From NCBI GenBank assembly GCA_009781915.1, contig WQUW01000001.1, positions 225-64,224 of the forward strand: 64,000 nt of DNA, read 5' to 3'. Made by a program: the position numbers and the translations under genes. Below, piece after piece: positions 50,700 through 61,016 of this stretch; within the stretch, counting starts at the first letter, position 1, and every line of letters begins with the position of its first letter. Below the pieces are notes generated by a model. The model was given only the letters and a program-made list of their open reading frames with translations, had not been told where the DNA came from and searched no databases. Origin of the DNA: Treponema sp. (GTDB lineage: Bacteria > Spirochaetota > Spirochaetia > Treponematales > Breznakiellaceae).

Positions 50700-51128
50700 C
50701 TATAATTCAAGCTTTTGGAGTTTTTGGGCCGCGTGGGGATGTTCCGCCCCCGAATACACTTTGGCGTTTTTCAGGAGCTTGCGCCCCAAGGGGCCCTTGG
50801 GAAGCATACCCTTAATCGCCAGTTCCAGGGGAGAACAAGGATGCCTTCCTATTAGTTTTTCAAACGTAACGGTTTTCAGGCCCCCGGCGTACCCCGAATG
50901 GCGGTGATACTCCTTCTGCTTCGACTTGCGGCCCGTAACCACTATCTTTTCCGCGTTAACAATCACTACATAATCCCCCACTTCCTGATGGGGCACAAAA
51001 ACCGCCTTTTCCTTTCCCCTAAGGATAGAAGCGACCCGGGCGGCAACCCTGCCCAAAACCTTCCCCTCAGCATCGATGAGAAACCAATTCCGCTCCACTT
51101 TCGCGGGCTTAACAAACACTGTATTCAT
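50700..51128 (-). CDS. rplM: 50S ribosomal protein L13
   Basis: ERNWFLIDAEGKVLGRVA...YHRHSGYAGGLK...MLPKGPLGR motifs. Confidence 0.95.
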   Translation of the reverse strand: MNTVFVKPAKVERNWFLIDAEGKVLGRVAARVASILRGKEKAVFVPHQEVGDYVVIVNAEKIVVTGRKSKQKEYHRHSGYAGGLKTVTFEKLIGRHPCSPLELAIKGMLPKGPLGRKLLKNAKVYSGAEHPHAAQKLQKLEL

Positions 51129-51373
51129 ATCATAACCTTTTCACGCAGTAAGAATGAATTCCCATACTGGCACAAAAATGGCAAACGTGTCAAGCGGTTT
51201 GAATCGTATCAAAATCCAGACCTCCCCGCTCCGGCTCCAACCCCATGTAACTTAACCGCTTGCCTAGGTGTACTATAACTAGTACAATCCAACCACGCGG
51301 CGCGGCGTGCCGGAACGTAACCGGCTTTACCACGGCCTTGCGCGGTCAAGCGATAATCAAGGAGAACTAAGCA

Positions 51374-52339
51374 ATGGAAGCAAAAAAACTGATACGGAAA
51401 AAGCGCTTTATACTCGCGGCGGTTTTGATGGCAACGTTCGCCATACACGCTATTTTCCACGTGGCAACCGGAAGACCCGGCAGGTTCCTCGGCGGCGCGG
51501 ATGAAGCGCAGGCTGCAGCAGTCCCGGTGTTCACCGTCCGTACCGAGGACGCCCAAATACGCACGCTGCAAGCGCATCTTGAAGTAAACGCGAACATCGT
51601 TAGCGGGCATCAGGTGGCGGTAATGCCCTTCGCAAGCGGCAGAATAGCCTCCATGCAGGTCGGCTTGGGCTCCACCGTGCAGATCGGCGCGGTTATCGCC
51701 CACGTTGACCCCTCCGTGCCCGGAGCCCAGTTCGCCCTGAGCCCCGTGCAGGCCCCGGTGTCCGGCATGGTCGTGTCAACGCCGCTTCCGGTGGGCTCTA
51801 CCGTCAGCACCGGGATTTCCCTTATGACAATAGCGGTCGGCGGCGAAGTGGAACTACAGGCCCTTATCCCGGAGCGGGAAGTCGGCCAGCTTCGCACCGG
51901 CCTTACGGCGACAATACGCCTGGAAGCGTTCCCCGGCGAAACATTTGCCGCCACGCTCACGCAGGTGTCCCCGGTGTTAGACCCCGTATCCCGGACTCAG
52001 AAAATAACCATGCGCTTTGACCAGGACGATCCCCGCGTAAGCCCCGGAATGTTCGCGAGGGTAACGCTTAACACCCGCACCCACGAAGATGTAATAACCA
52101 TCCCCCGCGAAGCCTTGGTCGATCACCGGGGAAGGACGGTGGTTTTTGTCCTAAACGATAACGGCTACGATGCCGCCGCCTTGCCCCATGTCGAAATGAG
52201 GGAAGTAAGCGCCGGGGTAAACGTAGGCGGCGAACTGGAAATCACCGGCGGCCTTGAGCCGGGCGAGGAAGTTGTGGTGCAAGGCCAGCAGTTCCTCGCT
52301 GACGGCGCGCGCGTGCGGGTGATTGGGGGACGGACATGA
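51374..52339 (+). CDS. RND efflux periplasmic adaptor (membrane fusion protein)
   Basis: N-terminal TM helix, a lipoyl/beta-barrel pattern (GRIASMQVGLGSTVQIGAVIAHVDP, VSGMVVS) and a C-terminal VQGQQFLADGARVRV segment. It overlaps the pump gene by 4 nt. Confidence 0.85.
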   Translation: MEAKKLIRKKRFILAAVLMATFAIHAIFHVATGRPGRFLGGADEAQAAAVPVFTVRTEDAQIRTLQAHLEVNANIVSGHQVAVMPFASGRIASMQVGLGSTVQIGAVIAHVDPSVPGAQFALSPVQAPVSGMVVSTPLPVGSTVSTGISLMTIAVGGEVELQALIPEREVGQLRTGLTATIRLEAFPGETFAATLTQVSPVLDPVSRTQKITMRFDQDDPRVSPGMFARVTLNTRTHEDVITIPREALVDHRGRTVVFVLNDNGYDAAALPHVEMREVSAGVNVGGELEITGGLEPGEEVVVQGQQFLADGARVRVIGGRT

Positions 52340-55300
52340 GCGTTGCCGCGGGCATCGTAAAGCGCCCCGTCCTTGGGGTCGTCGTTTTCGCCCTTATCGC
52401 CATTCTGGGGCTGGTCGTCGCGTTTGGCATTCCCATCGAAATGCTGCCCGACCTTGACCCTCCCTTCATTCTGGTGGTTACCCCGTACCGGGGAGCCGGG
52501 CCTGAAACCGTAGAAAACGCCGTAACAAGTGTTTTGGAAGCACAGCTTGCCACGATTGCGGGCCTACAGGGAATGCGTTCTATCTCTAGCGAGAGCCTTT
52601 CGCTCATTGTACTGGAGTTCGAATTCGGCGCGAACCTTGACGCCAGAACCAATGACGCGCGGGACAGGATTGACCGGGTGCGAATTATGCTGCCGGACGG
52701 CGTGGACGCGCCCATGATCCAGCAGGTGGATGTCAACGCCGAACCCCTTATCCGCGTCGCCGTGCAGGGAGACCGGACGGTAAACGAGCTTCAGGAAATA
52801 GCCGAGGCGCTTATCATTGACCGTCTTGATCAGGTTGATGGAGTAGCCACCACCGCCGTAATCGGAGGCTCGACACGGCAGGTACGTGTGGAAATCTCCC
52901 AGAACCGCCTTGAAGCCTACGGGCTTACCATAACCGGCATTGCCGGAATCCTTGCCGCCCAGAATCTGGAACTTGGGGCCGGAACCATCGTGGACGGAGC
53001 CAGAAACTACGGCATTAGAACCACCGGGGAGTTCCGGTCGATTCAGGACATCGCCGAAACCGTCATTGCCCGCCGGGGCGGGGCGGACATACGCCTGTTG
53101 GACATCGGCGAAGTGCGGCTGGCCTACCCCCGCGAAACCTCCTCGGCGTACATTAACGGGGAGCCGGGCATCTTTATCGCCGTAACAAACCAGAGCGGCA
53201 CGAACTCGGTGGAGGTCGCCGACCGCGTCTACGAGCGGCTTGAAGAAATCGCCCGCCTTTTGCCTCAGGACATACGCATGGAGATCGTGCAGGACGGCAG
53301 CACTCAGGTACGCAACATGATGGACGAGCTGGTAAACTCGGCGCTTTTGGGCGGCATACTGGCAATGGCGATACTTCTGTTGTTTCTGCGGAACATCAAA
53401 AGCACGATTATCATCGGCATATCCATTCCCTTTTCCGTGCTGGTAACGCTTTTGGTCATGAATCTTGCCGGGCTTACCCTGAATATGCTTACGATGGCGG
53501 GCCTTATTCTGGGCATCGGCCTTGTCGTGGACTGTTCCATTGTTATTCTTGAAAACATCTTTAAGTACCGTGAGCGGGGGGCCCGGCCCGATGTCGCGGC
53601 GATTCTGGGAAGTCAGGAAGTGCTGACTTCAATTGTCGCCGCCACTGTTACTACGCTGTGCGTGTTTGTCCCCGTCCTGCTTTTTCAAAACGAGCTGGGC
53701 TTTATCGGGATGATACTGCGAGACCTTATCGTTACCGTGGCGATTTCCCTCGCGTCGAGCCTTCTGATTGCCGTGTTCCTTGTGCCGATTCTGGCAAGCA
53801 AGTACCTTGTCCTGAAAACAAGGGAAGAAAAGCCCCTGCGGAACAGGGCGCTTATTAAAATTGACGGGGCGCTAGAGTACGCTATCCGCCGGCTGACTGG
53901 GGCCTACACCCGCGCCCTTGCTGTGGCGATGCAAAAACGCCTTGCGACATCGGTTATTGTCATCGCCGTTTTTGTCCTTTCCATTCTTGCCATGACGCAG
54001 ATGCGGTTCGTCATGGCCCCGCCGATGAACGAGGACTCCTTTACCCTGAACGTGGAACTGCCGCTTGGCACGATATACGAGGATACCAAGGCGACGCTGC
54101 TGCAGGTTCAGGAAATCGCCATGAGCGAGATTGTGGGGATCAAAAATATCGTTACCGAGATTTGGCAGAGCGAGGGTTCGATAAACATAACGATGGACAT
54201 GGGGCTTGCGGGAGCGGACACTTCCGAGCAGGCGCAGAACCGCCTTCGCGCCCGTTTCGGCGATTTTCCAAACGCCGTTATGAGTTTTTCCGAAGGCATG
54301 GCCGGCGGAATGTTCGGGGGCGCTGATATTGATATTGCCCTTCGCGTAAACGACATCGCCGAGGGGTTTAGAACCGCCGTGGAAATACGGGATATTATTG
54401 AAGCCGCCGTGCCGGAATTCGTGGAGCTTTCGGTGGACATGAACGAGGGGCTGCCGCAGGTGGAGGTTGTCATAGACCGCAACCGGGCGTACAGCATGGG
54501 GCTTTCGGTCGCCGCTATCGCGCGGGAAATCGCCGCCGCCATGAACGGCGTTACCGCCACTACCTTCCGTTACGGGGGGCGGGAATACGCGGTGGTTCTT
54601 GACCTGCAAGAAGAAGACCGCCAGCGGCTTTCCGACATGGAGCGGATATTTATCGCTTCCAACATTGGACACCTTGTCCCGCTGTCCAATTTCGCCACGC
54701 TGGAAAGGGGTCTTGGCCCGGTAGAGATACGCAGGCAGGATCAGGCCAGGATTATACGCGTCACGGGAACGCTTACCGACAGCGGCATGGCTGCGGCGGT
54801 GGAAGACCGGATACGGAATATTCTGGACGCTGAGTTTATCATGCCCGACGGGGTTATCCTGGCCTTCGAGGGACAGGCGGGGCAGGTAAACGAAACCATG
54901 CTGACCTTTCTTCTTGTCATTGCTCTGGCGATTCTTCTGGTGTTCGGCACAATGGCCGGCGTGTACGAATCGTTCAAAACGCCGTTCATAAATCTTTTCA
55001 CGATCCCGTTCATGCTGATAGGCGTAATCCTGATTCACATTGTCATGGGGCAGGATATGAGCATGTTTACAATGATTGGGCTTGTCATGCTTACCGGGAT
55101 TGTCATAAACAACGGCATTATCCTTGTGGACTACACAAACCTTCTGATAGGCCGTGGCGTTCCGGTTACGCAAGCCTGCCTTGAAGCCGGAGAAGCCCGC
55201 CTGCGCCCGGTGCTGATGACGGTTCTTACCACCATCCTTGGCCTTGTTCCTATGGCCTTTTTTCCGGGAAGCTCGGCCGGCTTTATTCAGCCCATAGGTC

Positions 55301-55461
55301 TTACGGTAATCGGGGGGCTTTTGTCATCGACCTTTATCACGCTCTTTTTTGTCCCGATCCTGTACTCCGTGGTTAATGGAAACCGGGGCAAAGTGGAAAA
55401 GAAACTGAAGGCCGCCGGGCAAATCGCGGCGGAACCTGAAATCGCGGAGGCGCTGTCATGA
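52336..55461 (+). CDS. RND efflux transporter permease (AcrB/HAE1-like)
   Basis: 1041 aa with a duplicated 6-TM plus large-loop architecture. It starts IVKRPVLGVVVFALIAILG and has the GLVVDCSIVILENI motif. Confidence 0.92.
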   Translation: MSVAAGIVKRPVLGVVVFALIAILGLVVAFGIPIEMLPDLDPPFILVVTPYRGAGPETVENAVTSVLEAQLATIAGLQGMRSISSESLSLIVLEFEFGANLDARTNDARDRIDRVRIMLPDGVDAPMIQQVDVNAEPLIRVAVQGDRTVNELQEIAEALIIDRLDQVDGVATTAVIGGSTRQVRVEISQNRLEAYGLTITGIAGILAAQNLELGAGTIVDGARNYGIRTTGEFRSIQDIAETVIARRGGADIRLLDIGEVRLAYPRETSSAYINGEPGIFIAVTNQSGTNSVEVADRVYERLEEIARLLPQDIRMEIVQDGSTQVRNMMDELVNSALLGGILAMAILLLFLRNIKSTIIIGISIPFSVLVTLLVMNLAGLTLNMLTMAGLILGIGLVVDCSIVILENIFKYRERGARPDVAAILGSQEVLTSIVAATVTTLCVFVPVLLFQNELGFIGMILRDLIVTVAISLASSLLIAVFLVPILASKYLVLKTREEKPLRNRALIKIDGALEYAIRRLTGAYTRALAVAMQKRLATSVIVIAVFVLSILAMTQMRFVMAPPMNEDSFTLNVELPLGTIYEDTKATLLQVQEIAMSEIVGIKNIVTEIWQSEGSINITMDMGLAGADTSEQAQNRLRARFGDFPNAVMSFSEGMAGGMFGGADIDIALRVNDIAEGFRTAVEIRDIIEAAVPEFVELSVDMNEGLPQVEVVIDRNRAYSMGLSVAAIAREIAAAMNGVTATTFRYGGREYAVVLDLQEEDRQRLSDMERIFIASNIGHLVPLSNFATLERGLGPVEIRRQDQARIIRVTGTLTDSGMAAAVEDRIRNILDAEFIMPDGVILAFEGQAGQVNETMLTFLLVIALAILLVFGTMAGVYESFKTPFINLFTIPFMLIGVILIHIVMGQDMSMFTMIGLVMLTGIVINNGIILVDYTNLLIGRGVPVTQACLEAGEARLRPVLMTVLTTILGLVPMAFFPGSSAGFIQPIGLTVIGGLLSSTFITLFFVPILYSVVNGNRGKVEKKLKAAGQIAAEPEIAEALS

Positions 55462-55742
55462 AACGCATGGAGCTTATCGCCAACCGTTCCGTGGAAAGCG
55501 AAATCCTGGACGCTCTGGAAGAAACGATTGAGGACTTTTATTACATTCTGCTTCCGCAAGTGCATGGCAAGGGAAAAACCAAGTACCGGCTGGGAACCTC
55601 TGTCTGGCCGGAGATGAATTTTCTGCTTATCAGTTACCTTGATGACCCTAGCGCGGCCAAAGCGCAGGAGGCGATCCGGGAGGTGAAGGCCCGCTTTCCG
55701 AAAGAGGGCATTAAGGTTTTTGTGATGGACGTTACGGTGTAG
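55458..55742 (+). CDS. Small PII-like transporter-associated protein (DUF3240 / PG0541-type, from memory)
   Basis: 94 aa, translationally coupled to the RND pump (ATGA overlap). It has a beta-alpha-beta pattern (MELIANRSVESEILDALEE...VHGKGKT...) like GlnB-fold proteins found next to RND pumps. Confidence 0.45.
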   Translation: MKRMELIANRSVESEILDALEETIEDFYYILLPQVHGKGKTKYRLGTSVWPEMNFLLISYLDDPSAAKAQEAIREVKARFPKEGIKVFVMDVTV

Positions 55743-55779
55743 GCTCTGGCGGGGGAAGCGGACAGCGCTTGTTTGGCAA

Positions 55780-56982
55780 TTACCGCCCTCGAAGGCCGCC
55801 CCGCCAGTCCGCCACAGCCTCCACAAAGGCCCCCCGTGACGCTTCGATAACGCTTTCGTCAACGCAGTAGGCGAAGCGTATCCAGCCGGGCATGGCGAAC
55901 AGCGAGCCTGGAACGCCCAGAATACGGCGCTTGCCAAGGTGTCCGGCGAACTCGTAGTCATCGCCGCCACAGGGAACCTCGCAGAACAGGAAAAACGTCC
56001 CTTGCGGCGTGGCGTAGGAAATCCCCGCTTCGTCAAGAACCCCGGTAAAGGCGGCCCGGCGGCGGGCGTAAACATCTATGTCCACCGTGGTCGAAGTAAG
56101 GGCGGCTACGACCCGCTGCATCAGAGCCGGGGCGTTCATAAAGCCCAGAACCCGGGTGGCGTAGGCCAGCGCCCCGGTTAACTCCTGTTTGCCGCCAATG
56201 CCGGGGCCGACGGCAATGTAGCCCGCGCGTTCCCCCGGCAAGGAAAGGCTTTTGGAGTAGGAACTGACAACGATTGATTCAGAGTACGCCGAAAGAATGG
56301 GCGGAACCTCGATGCCGTCAAATGCTATTTCCCGGTAGGGCTCGTCGCACACAAGGTAGGGCATACGCCCGCAGCGCCTGCCGTGCCGTGCCATGACTTC
56401 GGCAAGGGCGGCGATGCTTTGGCGGGAATAGACGCGGCCTGTCGGGTTATGCGGGGAATTGATAAGCACCGCCGCCGTTTGGGGCGAAAGCTTTTCTTCT
56501 ATGGCGGCAATGTCAAGGCCAAAGTCCTGAAGCGAGGCCGCTTCCACTATCCGCCCGCCGTGGTTCGCGGCATAGGGGCGGTACTCCATGAAGTACGGCT
56601 TTGAGACGACCACTTCATCGCCGGGGTTAAGGATCGATTTAAACACCACGTTAAGCCCCCCCGCGGCTCCGCAGGCCATGACAACGTGGGAGCCGTCAAT
56701 ACTCACCCCCTGCTCCGCCGATATTTTGCCAGCCAGCGCCTCCCGCGCCTCAGGAAAGCCCGCGTTGGGCATATACCCGTGAACGCCGCTTTCGGCCCGC
56801 TCGGCCATGCCGCGAAGAACCCGGTAAAACGCCTGTGGTGGCGGGACATCGGGATTCCCAAGGGAAAAATCGAACACGCTTTCGGCCCCGTACCGCTTTT
56901 TCAACAGGGCCCCTTCCTCGAACATCGCGCGCACAAAGGACTGGGACGCGAGAGCCTCCCGAATAACATCAGCAACCGGCAT
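55780..56982 (-). CDS. Class I/II pyridoxal-phosphate-dependent aminotransferase (AspC-like)
   Basis: NSPHNPTGRVY and the SYSKSLSLPGERAGY PLP-lysine motif; 400 aa. Confidence 0.85.
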   Translation of the reverse strand: MPVADVIREALASQSFVRAMFEEGALLKKRYGAESVFDFSLGNPDVPPPQAFYRVLRGMAERAESGVHGYMPNAGFPEAREALAGKISAEQGVSIDGSHVVMACGAAGGLNVVFKSILNPGDEVVVSKPYFMEYRPYAANHGGRIVEAASLQDFGLDIAAIEEKLSPQTAAVLINSPHNPTGRVYSRQSIAALAEVMARHGRRCGRMPYLVCDEPYREIAFDGIEVPPILSAYSESIVVSSYSKSLSLPGERAGYIAVGPGIGGKQELTGALAYATRVLGFMNAPALMQRVVAALTSTTVDIDVYARRRAAFTGVLDEAGISYATPQGTFFLFCEVPCGGDDYEFAGHLGKRRILGVPGSLFAMPGWIRFAYCVDESVIEASRGAFVEAVADWRGGLRGR

Positions 56983-57004
56983 GAAATACCCCCCGCTTCA
57001 AGCC

Positions 57005-57580
57005 TTACATTTTAACCATAGGGCCTTTGCGGAAAAACCCGAACAGGCTGCCGATAAATCCCCCCACGATATGGGCGAACTGCGAAATATCGCCGGGCCC
57101 GTCCCCGAAGGAATCGAAAATCTCCCTTCCCAAATAGAGTACCAGCACAAGGATAAAGGTAAGGGGAATTTCCCCCCGCGAAAAATTGGTAAAGGAAGCC
57201 AGGAGTATCATCATGAACACCACGCCACTGGCCCCCAGAAGGCCGGAGGGGAAGAAGATCACGTTAAGCAGTCCCGTAACAAGGGCGGTTATGGCGATCA
57301 TGATAAAGAGCGAAAACGAGCCGTAGACCTCTTCCAGAATGGGGCCGATAAGAAGGATGAAGGCGAAATTGGAAACTAGATGCGGCCAGTTGGCGTGGCC
57401 CAGTGTGTGGGTAAAAAGGGTCAGCCAGCCCCTCAAGCCCGTGGGAGAAAACCCTTCCCGTCCGGGAACCAAAAACCATTGCTCTGTCAGCGAGGGCGCA
57501 ACCGTCTGGGAAAGGACGAGGACAATGGCGCTTGCAAAGGCGAATGTCAGAACTGTGGGGGCGTTGTACTTAATCTTCAT
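57005..57580 (-). CDS. Rhomboid-family intramembrane serine protease
   Basis: I chose ATG 57580. Six TM helices, the GASGVVF catalytic serine motif and HIVGGFIGSLFG histidine motif. Confidence 0.7.
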   Translation of the reverse strand: MKIKYNAPTVLTFAFASAIVLVLSQTVAPSLTEQWFLVPGREGFSPTGLRGWLTLFTHTLGHANWPHLVSNFAFILLIGPILEEVYGSFSLFIMIAITALVTGLLNVIFFPSGLLGASGVVFMMILLASFTNFSRGEIPLTFILVLVLYLGREIFDSFGDGPGDISQFAHIVGGFIGSLFGFFRKGPMVKM

Positions 57581-57594
57581 ATGCGTTCCTTGTG

Positions 57595-58374
57595 TTATAG
57601 GTTGAGGATGATTTCCACCGGGCAGTGATCGGAGCCCGGAACTTCCGGCCGTATGGACGAGGAGACAACCGCCGGAAGAAACTCCGGGGGTACGCAGTGG
57701 TAGTCGATTCTCCAGCCCACGTTCCGCTCGCGGGAGAGGGCGCGGGGAGACCACCACGTGTAATGCCCTTCCTCGCCGGGGCGGAAATGCCGGAACGTGT
57801 CCACAAAGCCCTCCCCGGTAAAGCTGTCCATCCATGCCCGCTCTTCGGGCAAAAAACCGGCGCTTTTCGTGTTCTCCTTGGGCCGGGCAAGGTCTATGGG
57901 CGTGTGGGCGATGTTGTAGTCACCGGAAAGGACAAAGCGCCGCCCGCCGCCGCGGTACTGCCGGCAGAGTTGCATGATGGCGTCGCAGAACTCCAGTTTG
58001 TAGCCCAGCCGCTTCCCTTCGTCCTGAGAATTGGGGAAATAGGCGCAGATAAGGGTAAAATCCTTAAACTCGGCCTGAAGCGCCCTGCCTTCGTCGTCAA
58101 ACTCGCGTATGCCCAGCGTCCGTACCTCCAGGGGCTCTATTTTTGTGTAGATAGCCACCCCGGAATAGCCGGGTTTTTTGGCGCTTGCCCAGTACACGTG
58201 GTAGGGGTTCCCGTCGTTGCCGTTTATGGAAAGGAGCGCGGGCGAAAGCTGCTGGGGCCGGGCCTTGGTTTCCTGAAGACACACTATGTCGGCCCCCTCC
58301 CCTTCCATCCACGGGACAAAATTCTTTCTTTCCGCCGACCGTATTCCGTTGACGTTCCAGCTCAGTATCCTCAT
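57595..58374 (-). CDS. xth: Exodeoxyribonuclease III
   Basis: I chose ATG 58374. MRILSWNVNGIRS, CLQETK and the GSDHCPV C-terminus. Confidence 0.9.
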   Translation of the reverse strand: MRILSWNVNGIRSAERKNFVPWMEGEGADIVCLQETKARPQQLSPALLSINGNDGNPYHVYWASAKKPGYSGVAIYTKIEPLEVRTLGIREFDDEGRALQAEFKDFTLICAYFPNSQDEGKRLGYKLEFCDAIMQLCRQYRGGGRRFVLSGDYNIAHTPIDLARPKENTKSAGFLPEERAWMDSFTGEGFVDTFRHFRPGEEGHYTWWSPRALSRERNVGWRIDYHCVPPEFLPAVVSSSIRPEVPGSDHCPVEIILNL

Positions 58375-58425
58375 ACGGGAAGTATACCGCAAAACGGGGG
58401 GATAGGAACAGGGTGGCCCCGCCGT

Positions 58426-58476
58426 CCCCCTGCCGGGGCTTTTGGCGGAACTGCTCACGCGCGGCGGCGGGGGGCA
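58426..58476. repeat. Partial arm of the palindromic repeat family
   Basis: CCCCTGCCGGGGCTTTTGGCGGAACTGCTCACGCGCGGCGG matches the right arm of copy 1. Confidence 0.75.
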
Positions 58477-58512
58477 ATTGACTATTTGCCGCTTTATTTG
58501 CGATGCTTAGTT

Positions 58513-59094
58513 ATGTTTAATAGTCCACTTTGTGTCAGTAAACTTCTCCCAAAAGAGTACAGGGCTATCCCGGAAAAGCTGTTTCCCTCCGGCGGGTTTT
58601 CCAAAGGAAAGGGCCCCTCGGTAGAAGCCGCCGAAGCGTTCGCGGGTATCTTGGGCATAGGCGAAGATTATAAGCGGCTTTTGGGCGTTCACACTCAGGG
58701 CCAGCCTGCCGGGGATTTTCTGGAACGCTTTCAGAACAATCTTGACCTCCTCATTCAAAAGACGTGGGTAGAAAAGGCGGAAGAAGCCCGCAAAGAGCGG
58801 CTTTTGGATACCGTTCCGCCCTTTATCGCCGTTATCGAGAAGGGGGACTATTCCCGCGCGCTGGAAGAGTTTGGCCCCATTCTGGAAGAGCTGGCCTACC
58901 TCTTTTTCGGCCCCCAGAGCCAGAAGGACGATTTTGCCGAATATGCCCTACGGGTCGATGTCGAAATGGGGCTTTTCTGGTGGTACGGCGGGCAGATCAA
59001 CGCCGCCCGTAGCGCCTTGTGGGTGAAAAACGCCGAAAAGGGCGTACTTCGGGCAGTACTGCTTCTGGGAATCTGTTATCTGACGAATTTTTAG
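58513..59094 (+). CDS. Hypothetical protein
   Basis: This is the C-terminal 193 codons of listed ORF 57625-59094. Only this part lies outside the xth antisense region and has ordinary composition. The ATG is at 58513. No family was recognised. Confidence 0.45.
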   Translation: MFNSPLCVSKLLPKEYRAIPEKLFPSGGFSKGKGPSVEAAEAFAGILGIGEDYKRLLGVHTQGQPAGDFLERFQNNLDLLIQKTWVEKAEEARKERLLDTVPPFIAVIEKGDYSRALEEFGPILEELAYLFFGPQSQKDDFAEYALRVDVEMGLFWWYGGQINAARSALWVKNAEKGVLRAVLLLGICYLTNF

Positions 59095-59127
59095 CGTCGC
59101 GCGCTTAAATTGCAAGGAGTATGTAGT

Positions 59128-60876
59128 ATGGAAAACACCTTTGTGCCGCAGCCCTCCGCCGATCAGACGGATGGGGGCGAAGCCTCCGATTTTATCAGTG
59201 AATTTATCAGGGAAGACCTGAAAAGCGGGCGCTTTACCCGTGTGCATACCCGCTTTCCCCCGGAGCCCAACGGCTGGCTCCACATCGGCCACTGCAAAGC
59301 CTTCTATATCTCCTTTACGATGGCCGAGCGCTTCGGCGGCAAGTGCAACCTCCGCCTTGACGACACCAACCCCGAAAAGGAAAACTACTCGTATGTCGAG
59401 GCGATTAAGCGTGATGTGCGGTGGATGGGCTACGACTGGGAAGACCGGGAGTACTTCGCCTCCGATTACTTTGAATACCTGTACGGCATCGCCGTCAAAA
59501 TCATCAAGAAGGGAAAAGCCTACGTTGACGACCTGACCGAGACGGAAATGCGGGAATACCGGGGTACGGCGGCTGTGGACAAGACCGCTGGCAGGGCCGC
59601 GATTACCGACACGCCGCCCGGCAGGAACAGCCCGTGGCGGGAGCGCGGCGTGGAAGAAAACCTTGACCTTTTCGCCCGAATGCGGGCGGGCGAGTTCGCC
59701 GATGGGGCGAAAACCCTGCGCGCGAAGATCGACATGGCGCATCCCAATCTTGTTATGCGCGACCCGGTGATGTACCGCATCCGCCGTGAAACCCATTACC
59801 GCACTAGCGACTCGTGGTGTATCTACCCCATGTACGACTTCCAGCACCCTCTGTCGGACGCCAAGGAGCGCATCACCCATTCGCTGTGCTCGCTTGAGTT
59901 CGAGATTCACCGGCCCCTGTACGACTGGTTTATCCGGGAGGCCGAAGAGTTCCCCTCCCGCCAGATTGAGTTCGCCCGCCTTAACATGACCCGCACGGTT
60001 ATGAGTAAGCGCTGGCTGCTTAAACTTGTTGAAGATAACCACGTCTCAGGCTGGGACGACCCCCGGATGCCCACTATCGCCGGGCTTCGCCGCCGGGGTT
60101 ATACGCCGCGGGCAATCAGAAACTTTGTTTCGCAGGTGGGAATCTCCAAGACTGATTCGATGGTAGACATCGCCTTCCTTGAATACTGCCTAAGGGAAGA
60201 CCTGAACAAAACAAGCCGCCGGGTAATGGCGGTGCTGCGCCCGCTGAAACTTATCATCGACAACTGGCCCGCCGGCACGGTCGAGGAAGTACAGGCGGTG
60301 AACAACCCGGAAGACGAGTCTGCCGGAAAACGGATGATTCCCTTCTCTGGCGAACTGTGGATTGAGCGGGATGATTTTGAGGAAGTTCCGCCGCCTAAGT
60401 ATTTCCGCTTGTATCCGGGTAACAGCGTGCGTCTGCGCTACGGCTACATCGTTACCTGCACCGGCTTCGACAAGGCCCCGGACGGAAGCGTAACCGCCGT
60501 GCGCTGTACCTACGATCCTGAAACGAAGGGCGGGAACGCTCAGGACAACAAAAAGGTAAAAAGCACGATTCACTGGGTGTCCGCCCCTCACGCCGTCCAA
60601 ATCGAGGCGAGGATGTACGACTATCTTTTCGCCGTGGAAAAGCCTATGGACGTTGAGCCGGGAAAGGCGTTCACCGATAACCTTAACTCAGGATCGCTGG
60701 AGGTAATCCGCCACGCTTGGGCCGAACCATGCCTGGGGCAAGCGGTGGCGGAAGAGCGCTTTCAGTTTGAGCGGCTGGGCTACTTTGTCAGGGATTCCGG
60801 CGAGGGCGGTTCAGTCCCGGTGTTCAACAAGACGGTGGGCCTGCGGGATACGTGGGCGAAGATAGCGAAGAAGTAA
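59128..60876 (+). CDS. glnS: Glutamine--tRNA ligase
   Basis: [14 protein letters not shown] (HIGH motif) and VMSKR (KMSKS-type motif); AAGGAG RBS before ATG 59128. Confidence 0.92.
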   Translation: MENTFVPQPSADQTDGGEASDFISEFIREDLKSGRFTRVHTRFPPEPNGWLHIGHCKAFYISFTMAERFGGKCNLRLDDTNPEKENYSYVEAIKRDVRWMGYDWEDREYFASDYFEYLYGIAVKIIKKGKAYVDDLTETEMREYRGTAAVDKTAGRAAITDTPPGRNSPWRERGVEENLDLFARMRAGEFADGAKTLRAKIDMAHPNLVMRDPVMYRIRRETHYRTSDSWCIYPMYDFQHPLSDAKERITHSLCSLEFEIHRPLYDWFIREAEEFPSRQIEFARLNMTRTVMSKRWLLKLVEDNHVSGWDDPRMPTIAGLRRRGYTPRAIRNFVSQVGISKTDSMVDIAFLEYCLREDLNKTSRRVMAVLRPLKLIIDNWPAGTVEEVQAVNNPEDESAGKRMIPFSGELWIERDDFEEVPPPKYFRLYPGNSVRLRYGYIVTCTGFDKAPDGSVTAVRCTYDPETKGGNAQDNKKVKSTIHWVSAPHAVQIEARMYDYLFAVEKPMDVEPGKAFTDNLNSGSLEVIRHAWAEPCLGQAVAEERFQFERLGYFVRDSGEGGSVPVFNKTVGLRDTWAKIAKK

Positions 60877-61016
60877 TGAGCGCTTTCTAGTGTAATTTCG
60901 CAAGGGCGGGGGCTGTAGGGAATTGCCGTCGTCTACGGCGTTAGGCGGAATTGGAGCGTTTTTACAATTACTTTCCCTACAATATTTTCTTAATTCACAC
61001 TATTCCACTCCAAAAT

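Noticed and set aside
51209-51703. 164-aa minus-strand ORF spanning the rplM/RND intergenic region
   Set aside because: It overlaps the adaptor gene 5' end antisense and has no RBS or motif.
53872-55173. 433-aa ORF on the minus strand
   Set aside because: It is antisense to the RND pump gene. Its composition is biased (Gly/Arg/His/Pro) and no family was recognised.
57625-58512. N-terminal about 296 codons of the listed 489-aa plus-strand ORF
   Set aside because: This part is antisense to xth and the rhomboid 5' region and is Arg/Gly/Pro-rich. Only the portion from ATG 58513 onward lies in otherwise non-coding space and looks protein-like.
58948-60042. 364-aa ORF on the minus strand
   Set aside because: It is antisense to glnS (HIGH and KMSKS motifs on the plus strand), and its translation has no recognisable domain.
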